Below are positions 8,686 through 15,349 of a stretch of 39,764 nt of DNA, one piece after another. The translations under genes and the position numbers were made by a program. This stretch comes from a virus (Duplodnaviria; Caudoviricetes). The stretch spans positions 1 to 39,764 of the IMG/VR virus record IMGVR_UViG_3300047275_000136. One strand, 5' to 3'. Every line of letters starts with the position of its first letter. Position 1 is the first letter of the stretch. The notes beneath the pieces are model-generated. The model was not told the DNA's origin, searched no databases, and saw only the letters and a program-made list of their open reading frames with translations.

Positions 8686-10282
8686 CTTGTGTGACCTCTG
8701 ATAACCTTCCTGTTGTGTGGTTGTAGTAGACGCTACAGGCTGGACCTGTCGTGCCTGAGAAGCGGTTCTTGAGTACCCTAATCCTGGTGATATTGCGTTC
8801 ACGTTCATCATCATGCTGTGCATTCCTTTCCATACCGATAACCATGTCAGACAATTGTGCAATGCTTCCAGAGCCTCTAAGCTGTCCTAGTGATGTTGCT
8901 GCTCCTTCTTCATGTCCTTTACCATCAGGTCTCTTTAGGTGGCTGACAATCAGTAAGGATATACCAGTCTCTTGAACCAGCATCCTTAGTTTTGTCATGA
9001 TCTCGTCTAAGGCTTTCCTCTCATCGCCAACATCACCAGCACTGACGATGATGCTAATATGATCCAGCACCACAAAGCTACATCCCAATCCTTTTGACAT
9101 GAATCTGACTCTTGATAAAATATTATCAATTGACGTACTACCAAAATGATCAAAAAGATAAACCCTGTTAGTGCCAAGAGTGTGCTCAAAGGCATCTCTA
9201 AACTCCTCATCTGTATATGCTGTATCAGGTAAATGTAAAGGTTTGTTAGCGTGTATGGACATCAAGCCTTTAGCGGTGCGGACAGTAGACTCCTCGAGGA
9301 ACATCAAACCAATGTTGTCGTCTGTCTTGCACAGAATATGATACACGATCTCACGCAACACCTGTGATTTACCCAGTCCAGATCCAGCAGTGAAGGTAAC
9401 TAACTCACCCTTCCTAATGCCATAGGTAAGCTTGTTAAGACCATCAAAGGGGTAGTTACATGAAGACTTAATAGCAGGTGTATTGATGTCTTCCCACAGC
9501 TTAGAGCCATTGACAATGCCATCAGGTACGTAGGTCTCAGCGGCAAACCAATCTTGTATGTATTCCTTTATTGCTCCTTCTTTAAGATAATCGTTAGCAT
9601 CCTTGAATGGTGCTCTGTGCTTGACAACCTTAGCCTTAGCACCGAATAGATCAGCTACTTGCGTAGCAGCTTTCTTCCCAGGTTCATCAGCATCAAAAGA
9701 GATAACAATGGTTTCAAAAGAATCAAGATATTCATAGTTGGCTTTACAGTCCTTTAGTGCTGCCTGTGCTCCATTGCGGATAGATACTGAAGGATACTTC
9801 ATACCATTCATTTGATAGACAGCAATGGCATCAAATTCACCCTCAGTGATGGTAATGCTCTTACCTCCTTTAGCAAATAAGTGTTGTCCGAACAATGTAT
9901 TAGCTTTACTCCAGTCTCCTTTAATGGTGCAGTCAGTCTTCGTAGCTTCATGCCTTACCTTGTATGCTGCTACCTTTCCATCAGTATCATGGTAGGGAAA
10001 TACTACCTCGTAATCATCAGTAAGCACTACGTTGTAAGCCTTCAGTGCATCAGCACTAAGGTTTCTCACTGGTATCGAACGATATTGGCCTTGAATCATA
10101 GGTACAACTTTAGGCTTAGATGTTGTGTTTTGTACGAAGTTATCAACATTTGTAGACAACTTCTTATTTGTACCGCAACTAAAGCAGTGACTCCATGTCT
10201 CTCCTTTGTCATTCTCTGACACTGATAAGGCATCAGAGCTACCGCAATCATCACAACCCTGGTGCGTGGCTAAGTATGTCAT
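8672..10282 (-). CDS. Primase-helicase (T7 gp4-like)
   Basis: CDDC...CFSC Zn finger, TOPRIM ITEGEFDA and FDAD, Walker A AGSGLGKS, LDHI, SHL, LRGSG, KNRFSG. Confidence 0.96.
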   Translation of the reverse strand: MTYLATHQGCDDCGSSDALSVSENDKGETWSHCFSCGTNKKLSTNVDNFVQNTTSKPKVVPMIQGQYRSIPVRNLSADALKAYNVVLTDDYEVVFPYHDTDGKVAAYKVRHEATKTDCTIKGDWSKANTLFGQHLFAKGGKSITITEGEFDAIAVYQMNGMKYPSVSIRNGAQAALKDCKANYEYLDSFETIVISFDADEPGKKAATQVADLFGAKAKVVKHRAPFKDANDYLKEGAIKEYIQDWFAAETYVPDGIVNGSKLWEDINTPAIKSSCNYPFDGLNKLTYGIRKGELVTFTAGSGLGKSQVLREIVYHILCKTDDNIGLMFLEESTVRTAKGLMSIHANKPLHLPDTAYTDEEFRDAFEHTLGTNRVYLFDHFGSTSIDNILSRVRFMSKGLGCSFVVLDHISIIVSAGDVGDERKALDEIMTKLRMLVQETGISLLIVSHLKRPDGKGHEEGAATSLGQLRGSGSIAQLSDMVIGMERNAQHDDERERNITRIRVLKNRFSGTTGPACSVYYNHTTGRLSEVTQDEDL

Positions 10283-10482
10283 TGCTCACCCCTTGCTTTC
10301 AGCATGGCATCGGCCATCAAATACGACGCCTTTGCGGTGACGTGTGCGGTATGCTCATCGTGCGCTTTTCCGCAACTAAACAGACCTTGCATCGCCTTGG
10401 CTGCAAAGTAATCACGCAGGGTCATTCCAGTTTCATTAGGCCACTGCGTCCTTGGAAACGCTGGTCCACCATCGTTAATCAT
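10279..10482 (-). CDS. Conserved phage hypothetical protein (GGPAFP...GMTLRDYFAAKAMQG family)
   Basis: Recognisable small phage protein motif; ATGA overlap with the primase. Confidence 0.8.
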   Translation of the reverse strand: MINDGGPAFPRTQWPNETGMTLRDYFAAKAMQGLFSCGKAHDEHTAHVTAKASYLMADAMLKARGEQ

Positions 10483-10492
10483 TGCTCACCCC
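10279..10492. repeat. 14-bp direct repeats TCATTGCTCACCCC flanking the 67-aa gene
   Basis: Exact copies at 10279-10292 and 10479-10492; on the minus strand GGGGTGAGCAATGA is an RBS plus ATGA junction. Confidence 0.85.
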
Positions 10493-10561
10493 ACACAAGC
10501 ACATCCTGCTTTGATATAACTCCAGCGCCTCAAGCGCCAGTTGCATAGCTTCTCTGCTCAT
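10475..10561 (-). pseudogene. Truncated remnant MSREAMQLALEALELYQSRMCLCGVSND (28 aa), paralogous to the N-terminus of 10904..11302
   Basis: 10521-10561 matches 11262-11302 at 37/41 nt. Confidence 0.6.
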
Positions 10562-10907
10562 TGTTTTTATCCTTTAATTTAGCTTCGATGGAACGGGCAA
10601 AACGCATCAGCATCCCTTCGCTTCCGTCAATGTCACGCCAGATGATGCTGATCTCCTCATCAGTCAGCCCAACCCATTGCTTTGGGGTTACTTTTTCGTG
10701 GTATGTCTGGTCATTCATTACTGCCATAGCAAGTGCTTGGCACGTTTTGCAGGGAGTTGGGTCTTTGTAAAGCGCAGTCCATCGGTCAGGGTGACGGCCA
10801 ATATTTGCGGGTATGTGCGTGATGACATTATTCTCAATAAAGTTGTGCATCCACGCCACTGGCTGACCGTCATCTGCTGGTGTCTTTGCGTTTTTGTTCT
10901 CGCTCAT
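10530..10907 (-). CDS. Hypothetical modular phage protein (PVAW / WVGLTDEEI / FARSIEAKLK blocks)
   Basis: ORF with ATGA coupling to the upstream gene. Confidence 0.75.
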   Translation of the reverse strand: MSENKNAKTPADDGQPVAWMHNFIENNVITHIPANIGRHPDRWTALYKDPTPCKTCQALAMAVMNDQTYHEKVTPKQWVGLTDEEISIIWRDIDGSEGMLMRFARSIEAKLKDKNNEQRSYATGA

Positions 10908-11302
10908 GTGTTTCCTTTCGGTGAAATGTCATCACGTCTTTTCACCCGCATCTGTGCCTGAAGATTAGGGTCATCAACCACCTCATAAACTTCTGAATCT
11001 TCAGATTCATATCTGACTACCCTGAAATCAACTTCATGAATAAGCTCGCAATCACAGCATTGCATGAGATAACCCTGTGGCTTAGGGCATACCCAATCTG
11101 ACCAACCGTCTTCTAATGCTGGCTGCGGTTCGCACTGACCCCATACACCAACCTCACCAACCCTTGCTAAATCTATCTCCAATGCTTGGCGCAAGGCGGT
11201 GATTACGTCGTCAACGTCAATTGTCACGCACTCTGTTTCGGTGTCTATGCCATCAAGTTGTTCCAACGCCTCTAGCGCCATCTGCATAGCTTCTCTGCTC
11301 AT
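10904..11302 (-). CDS. Hypothetical protein with Cys-rich CCDC..H domain
   Basis: GAGG RBS, ATGA coupling, WSDW...MQCCDCELIHEVDFRV. Confidence 0.75.
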   Translation of the reverse strand: MSREAMQMALEALEQLDGIDTETECVTIDVDDVITALRQALEIDLARVGEVGVWGQCEPQPALEDGWSDWVCPKPQGYLMQCCDCELIHEVDFRVVRYESEDSEVYEVVDDPNLQAQMRVKRRDDISPKGNT

Positions 11303-11586
11303 GTTGTCCTCAGATTAAAAGGGTTATGCCAACAGATACCAGTGTTGTCCCTGGTGTTATATCCACCTAGTGAGTAAGATATCAAGTATTGATGATCATC
11401 CTTCCTAATATCCCTATCAACAGTGTAGTTATCAACTAACTTTGACATAGAGTCTCTGATCTGCTTAGATGTCTTGTTAGGGAATGCCTCTAGGAGGTCT
11501 TCTAAGGTGGCATGGCGGCCATGATTCTCTAGGTAGGCTACATAAGGGTTAACCTTGCGTTTGCGTGGCTGTATAAGCTTTCTCAT
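11299..11586 (-). CDS. Hypothetical protein, possible winged-helix DNA-binding protein
   Basis: Basic N-terminus, ATLEDLLEAF...KQIRDSMSKLV helix pattern; the fold is inferred. Confidence 0.55.
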   Translation of the reverse strand: MRKLIQPRKRKVNPYVAYLENHGRHATLEDLLEAFPNKTSKQIRDSMSKLVDNYTVDRDIRKDDHQYLISYSLGGYNTRDNTGICWHNPFNLRTT

Positions 11587-11783
11587 ACGTTGAACCCTTT
11601 AGCATTCAAAGCCTTAGTTAACTGACGCATCATAAAGTAAAAACCATAGTCCGAACATAAGCGAACAAATCCACTCAGTACGGCTTCAATCTTAACATCT
11701 TCATGGTAATCATCTAACTCTGCCTGTGTTGGCTCTGAAGGCTTCATAGCCTCTTCAGGTAGAAAATCATCATCAGGGTACAT
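11583..11783 (-). CDS. Hypothetical protein
   Basis: AAGGA RBS; ATGA coupling downstream. Confidence 0.7.
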   Translation of the reverse strand: MYPDDDFLPEEAMKPSEPTQAELDDYHEDVKIEAVLSGFVRLCSDYGFYFMMRQLTKALNAKGFNV

Positions 11784-11812
11784 TGTATTATCCTTAAAGG
11801 GTACATTGTTTA

Positions 11813-11905
11813 CTATATAGGCTATGTATACATAGTAAGTACATAGAATATTATTCTAAGTATATATACTAAGTATATAGTACATAGTATACATAGCCTA
11901 TATAG
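11813..11905. repeat. AT-rich nested inverted repeat (candidate replication origin or hairpin)
   Basis: Perfect 19-bp arms CTATATAGGCTATGTATAC (11813-11831) and GTATACATAGCCTATATAG (11887-11905), with internal palindromes. Confidence 0.8.
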
Positions 11906-11909
11906 ATTT

Positions 11910-11938
11910 AGGGTATCAGAGAAAACTAAAGTTGTCAA
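11910..11938 (-). promoter_or_regulatory. Sigma70-type promoter for replication genes
   Basis: TTGACA-17 nt-TACCCT on the minus strand. Confidence 0.65.
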
Positions 11939-11941
11939 TAC

Positions 11942-12139
11942 TTAGTCCTCTGCCTTCTTACGTTCGCTAACAATCTCATCATCGTCGTGCATCAGCGATA
12001 CATTGCCTACAGCGCAGATTTCATCTCGGACATACTTAAAACAATCGTTACATAAGTCTAAGTATTGTCTTGTTCGAACACTACGCCTAGAGGCTTCATA
12101 GTCGCTAAGCACTTCATTGCAGGATAAACATCTCATCAT
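11942..12139 (-). CDS. Small Zn-finger protein
   Basis: CLSC...DLCNDC; GGGGTG RBS. Confidence 0.75.
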   Translation of the reverse strand: MMRCLSCNEVLSDYEASRRSVRTRQYLDLCNDCFKYVRDEICAVGNVSLMHDDDEIVSERKKAED

Positions 12140-12684
12140 ACACCCCATTGGTTAGCCATAGCATCAGCGATGCCTTGGTAGGTTTTACTTCTAATCTTCC
12201 ATCTGTCTGCTGTTGGGGGTAGTTTCCATATGCGTTGATCTCTACCATCAACAACATCAGTGGGTACAAGTTTATCCAGGTTTTTAAGCCATAGACAAGT
12301 CTTTTTTGTCTCGCCATGCCCAAACATCCAAGGTTGAATGCACTGATCAGGCTTTCGTATGCGAGAACTAATGATGCTAACTGGATTCTCAAGGCATATA
12401 CGCTCTATAGGCGCATCTAAGAGCCTTCTAACAAACTCTAAAGCTTCTGCCTGCTCTTGCTGCTTATCTTTAAACCAACGAGCACCAGAGACCGCCAAAT
12501 GGGTACATGGAGGATGAGCAATCATCAAATCCCATCCATCATTGATAACATCGAATACATCACCCTGGTAGTGTGGACCATCAACATCAGTAGGTAATAG
12601 ATCGCATGACATAGCATCATGTCCTAGCTTTCTGAATGCGTCTCTGACAGTGCCCGAGTATTCGCAAGCGATCAACACTCTCAT
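12136..12684 (-). CDS. DNA cytosine-5 methyltransferase-like protein (short phage type)
   Basis: VLIACEYSG (motif I variant), AHPPC (motif IV), LENPV (motif VI). Confidence 0.75.
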   Translation of the reverse strand: MRVLIACEYSGTVRDAFRKLGHDAMSCDLLPTDVDGPHYQGDVFDVINDGWDLMIAHPPCTHLAVSGARWFKDKQQEQAEALEFVRRLLDAPIERICLENPVSIISSRIRKPDQCIQPWMFGHGETKKTCLWLKNLDKLVPTDVVDGRDQRIWKLPPTADRWKIRSKTYQGIADAMANQWGV

Positions 12685-12854
12685 TTTCCATCATCCTCCA
12701 TTCTATCTAACAACATCATCAGTTTAGGGTATAGATCTTCCTTTACATCTTCAGCATGACTTACCTCCTCCCATTGACCCCATGATGCAGCAACACTGGA
12801 GTCAATCATCGCCTCAATCAAGGCTAACATTATCTGTACTGTCTCTTTAGTCAT
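12681..12854 (-). CDS. Hypothetical protein (57 aa, MTKETVQIMLALIEAMID...)
   Basis: Read manually. GAGGG RBS; ATGA overlap with the MTase. Confidence 0.65.
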   Translation of the reverse strand: MTKETVQIMLALIEAMIDSSVAASWGQWEEVSHAEDVKEDLYPKLMMLLDRMEDDGK

Positions 12855-12871
12855 AAAATACCCTCTAGAAT

Positions 12872-12904
12872 CGATTAAAACAGGTCTACAAGCGATTAAA
12901 ACAG
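12872..12904. repeat. Tandem 12-bp direct repeat CGATTAAAACAG, 21-bp period
   Basis: Copies at 12872-12883 and 12893-12904 in an intergenic gap. Confidence 0.7.
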
Positions 12905-12920
12905 TCTTGGTGCTATCACC

Positions 12921-13121
12921 CTACATTAAGGCCTCTTCGATGCCTTGTAGAGCCTCTAATCGCTTTTGCTTTTCTGTGGTTTTCTTCAGTGCTTTAGGAC
13001 TAACCCAGGTATAGGACGGGAAAGGCCATCGAGGATCGCCAGGATAGCGTATACAGACTAAGCCATCAGCATCTGGACCTTGGACAATCTCACATGGTTG
13101 ATCATTGAATGTTAAGCTCAT
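12921..13121 (-). CDS. Hypothetical early protein
   Basis: ORF track; ATGA coupling. Confidence 0.65.
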   Translation of the reverse strand: MSLTFNDQPCEIVQGPDADGLVCIRYPGDPRWPFPSYTWVSPKALKKTTEKQKRLEALQGIEEALM

Positions 13122-13348
13122 TTGGTAATCCTGTATTGTTTCCTAAATTCTATGGTGTCTAAGTCTGTAAAGTTTTCCCTATAGTGCTCTGCTAAGTCAA
13201 CATCAGATAGGTTATTGAATCCACCTTCAGATAAGAAGCGAACAATTTCATCATAGACCTCTGGGAACTTAACAGAGGCAACAGCATAGTCTAATTCTCT
13301 CTTAGTACAATCATAGAGTATGTCTTCTTTCTTCAGTATGGTTGTCAT
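13118..13348 (-). CDS. Hypothetical early protein
   Basis: Start trimmed to MTTILKKED after AGGAG. Confidence 0.65.
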   Translation of the reverse strand: MTTILKKEDILYDCTKRELDYAVASVKFPEVYDEIVRFLSEGGFNNLSDVDLAEHYRENFTDLDTIEFRKQYRITK

Positions 13349-13352
13349 AGGA

Positions 13353-13523
13353 TTAATCTCCTGATAGGTCAACAATGGGGTTAATGTCATATTCAGTTAT
13401 TTCTAAGTCTTCAACATACTCATACACCTTAGCCACTGTAGCGAACCTTTCAAGGTGCGTTAAACCAGAGTACTCAGGGTATCTATAGGTTAACAAGTAA
13501 CCGACAATCTTAAATTCCATCAT
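13353..13523 (-). CDS. Hypothetical early protein (56 aa, MMEFKIVGYLLTYRYPEYSG...)
   Basis: Read manually; GGGGTG RBS. Confidence 0.6.
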   Translation of the reverse strand: MMEFKIVGYLLTYRYPEYSGLTHLERFATVAKVYEYVEDLEITEYDINPIVDLSGD

Positions 13524-13680
13524 ACACCCCATTGATCAAACTATAGTTATAACCCAAAGAATCGTTGTATGGGTAAGTCATTACCTTTGTTTGTGCCTCG
13601 GTTAATGTCCTGGCGAGTACTGGTATGTTAAAAACTTGCTTCGACACATTACATACTATCTTTACATAAAATGTTTTCAT
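13510..13680 (-). CDS. Hypothetical early protein (56 aa, MKTFYVKIVCNVSKQVF...)
   Basis: Read manually; AAGGG RBS. Confidence 0.55.
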   Translation of the reverse strand: MKTFYVKIVCNVSKQVFNIPVLARTLTEAQTKVMTYPYNDSLGYNYSLINGVYDGI

Positions 13681-13689
13681 GTTAAACCC

Positions 13690-13776
13690 TTATAGTGAAA
13701 AGAAAATCATTGCAGCATACAGTGCACCAAACAATGCACCACCTAAGACTAAGATTACATCATTAGACTTTGACAT
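13690..13776 (-). CDS. Small single-TM peptide (MSKSNDVILVLGGALFGALYAAMIFFSL)
   Basis: Read manually; begins 2 nt after the GP88-like stop; 22-residue hydrophobic stretch. Confidence 0.55.
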   Translation of the reverse strand: MSKSNDVILVLGGALFGALYAAMIFFSL

Positions 13777-13778
13777 GA

Positions 13779-14426
13779 TTAAGCCTTTGCAAGTTTGAGT
13801 CTGATAACTTTAGACATCTTTTGGCCATGAGCAGCATAACCGATAACTGGGATTGATTTGTCCCAGCACTTGCGACAACCTTTGCACTTACCGCCTTGCT
13901 GATACGCTGGACATACGCTTATGCTAGCATCATTGTAGGATTCAGCAATAGTGCTAGACCATGGTGCGTCAAGTACTTCGCCAATAACGGAATCGGACGA
14001 ACGACGAACGACTACGTTAGGTAACGCATCCATTTGTTCCAAGATTGCTTGATACTTAGGAAACTTGTGCATTCTAGTCGGTAACCAGTGTTTACACCAT
14101 GGTGTACGCTTCATGACTTCGAACATCTTTTCTGCAAGTTTGATCGTGTACATGTCACCAGAGTCAAACCAACGAAAGTATCGATCCGAGTCTAAAGCTT
14201 GAACCATGTCATCAACCCAATCATCACGCTGCCAGTCTTGTTTGTTATGCTCTCTTGGTGCTTTTACGTTAGGATACAGATAATTGCCAGTAGTGGCATA
14301 GCAACCAGCGCAGGCATCAACTAATTCGCCAGTGTAAACGTTGATGCTACCCGAACAAGTATCTAAGGCCTGTAGACTCCATGACCGTATACCGTCAAGC
14401 TTGCTAGTGATTGATAATTTGAGCAT
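13779..14426 (-). CDS. GP88-like Cys-rich (radical-SAM-like) phage protein
   Basis: TC...CAGCYA, RWFDSGD, HWLPTR, CPA...CKGCRKCW...H; start MLKLS after AAGGA. Confidence 0.7.
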   Translation of the reverse strand: MLKLSITSKLDGIRSWSLQALDTCSGSINVYTGELVDACAGCYATTGNYLYPNVKAPREHNKQDWQRDDWVDDMVQALDSDRYFRWFDSGDMYTIKLAEKMFEVMKRTPWCKHWLPTRMHKFPKYQAILEQMDALPNVVVRRSSDSVIGEVLDAPWSSTIAESYNDASISVCPAYQQGGKCKGCRKCWDKSIPVIGYAAHGQKMSKVIRLKLAKA

Positions 14427-14445
14427 GGTTCTATCCTTATAGAAT

Positions 14446-14500
14446 GGACTCATCAGTATAGTCTGAAACTATAGACCCTACACTTGGCAGGGTTTCGTCC
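14446..14500 (-). ncRNA. Type II hammerhead ribozyme
   Basis: Minus-strand RNA: GGAC-GAAA-CCCUGC-caagu-GUAGGG-UC^-UAUAGU-uucag-ACUAUA-CUGAUGA-GUCC. The core is complete, all three stems pair, and the cleavage triplet is GUC. Confidence 0.93.
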
Positions 14501-14505
14501 TAGGT

Positions 14506-14844
14506 TTAAATAGTGGCCGCAATTGAATCGATGAACGCTTCAGCGCTTGCGATTTCCTTTTGAATCTGTTCAACGTAGTAATTTGCCTCGAAGTCTGTTA
14601 CCCGTTGTTTTTGCACTATCTCCATGAGTTTTTCCGTGTGATAATTGTTCAATGACCCGTAGGCTAACAATGCGCCAGACTTGGCGAAGCCACTATCAAC
14701 CATGGCACTAACCTTATCATCTAAAACCCTACGCTTTGCCATGATCCCGTTAGGATTGAAATAGTGGAAACGAACTTTGTCGATGTTAGACCAGGAATCA
14801 AGACACTTAGTTGCTGTGCTTGTTACTACGTTGAAATCTGCCAT
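14506..14844 (-). CDS. First early gene, hypothetical protein (112 aa)
   Basis: GGAG RBS, ATG at 14844, just downstream of a sigma70 promoter. Confidence 0.7.
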   Translation of the reverse strand: MADFNVVTSTATKCLDSWSNIDKVRFHYFNPNGIMAKRRVLDDKVSAMVDSGFAKSGALLAYGSLNNYHTEKLMEIVQKQRVTDFEANYYVEQIQKEIASAEAFIDSIAATI

Positions 14845-14878
14845 TTGTTTTCTCCAGGTTGTTTTGTTTCGATTGCTA

Positions 14879-14907
14879 ATCCTACATATTTGATTTCGTG
14901 CCGTCAA
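14879..14907 (-). promoter_or_regulatory. Early sigma70-type promoter
   Basis: TTGACG-17 nt-TAGGAT. Confidence 0.75.
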
Positions 14908-14998
14908 CCTATTTCGGCCTTGTTTTGCTTCGAATTGACGAACGGTAGACAATCCAGGATGAGCGGTAGTGTTGTTCGAACACAACAGTTCAGTCTAT

Positions 14999-15014
14999 TG
15001 TTTCACGTGGAACC
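14999..15014. promoter_or_regulatory. parS-like ParB binding site
   Basis: TGTTTCACGTGGAACC versus the chromosomal parS consensus TGTTTCACGTG(A/G)AACA; one terminal mismatch. Confidence 0.7.
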
Positions 15015-15115
15015 AGTGCAGATCGGTGCAAGCTTTCTAGGCTTTGAAGTCTGTTCAGGTATCTTTAGAGGGTGCTACGCTGATACATCCTCCCTACTGT
15101 GCAGACTGTGCAGTC

Positions 15116-15135
15116 TACTGTACAGATATACAGTC
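15116..15135. promoter_or_regulatory. LexA SOS box (beta/gamma-proteobacterial type)
   Basis: TACTGTACAGATATACAGTC contains CTGT-N8-ACAG with consensus-like flanks; CAGATATACAGT is duplicated in tandem. Confidence 0.7.
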
Positions 15136-15177
15136 AGATATACAGTGCAGCCTTAATAGTAATGCATTATCATTAGC

Positions 15178-15194
15178 ATTTCACATTATGAAAT
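15178..15194. promoter_or_regulatory. Palindromic operator, IclR-family-like
   Basis: ATTTCA-CATTA-TGAAAT; the family assignment is tentative. Confidence 0.45.
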
Positions 15195-15197
15195 CTT

Positions 15198-15218
15198 AAT
15201 TGACTATGATTCTCAATT
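15198..15218. promoter_or_regulatory. Fur-box-like site
   Basis: AATTGACTATGATTCTCAATT; the minus strand reads TGAGAAT-C-ATAGTCA (7-1-7). A second Fur-like near-palindrome lies at 15154-15175. Confidence 0.45.
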
Positions 15219-15349
15219 GTACATTGCAGTGCAGCATAGGGGGAGGGGTCTGGTTAGTTATGGAAATGTTGTGGTGCTACCTAGCCTTAAAAAAAAGCTA
15301 AAATGGAAGTCTCTAAAGCCTAAGTAAACTATCTAATAAAAGGTAATAG

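Noticed and set aside
3510-12725. Other CUGAUGA occurrences on the minus strand as further hammerheads
   Set aside because: They lie within coding sequence and I could not find matching GAAA cores with paired stems.
14427-14453. Track start (ATG 14453) for the GP88-like ORF
   Set aside because: That ATG is inside the hammerhead core CUGAUGA and has no RBS; ATG 14426 follows AAGGA.
14960-14992. GTTCGAACACAACAGTTC as a Gram-positive or alphaproteobacterial LexA box
   Set aside because: Spacing (GAAC-N6-GTTC) fits neither GAAC-N4-GTTC nor GTTC-N7-GTTC.
14764-15156. 130-aa plus-strand ORF, and extension of 14506..14985 beyond 14844
   Set aside because: Both run through the early promoter and binding-site region with no RBS or protein-like features.
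15239-15275. G-quadruplex at GGGGGAGGGG
   Set aside because: Only two long G-runs; not a convincing four-tract motif.
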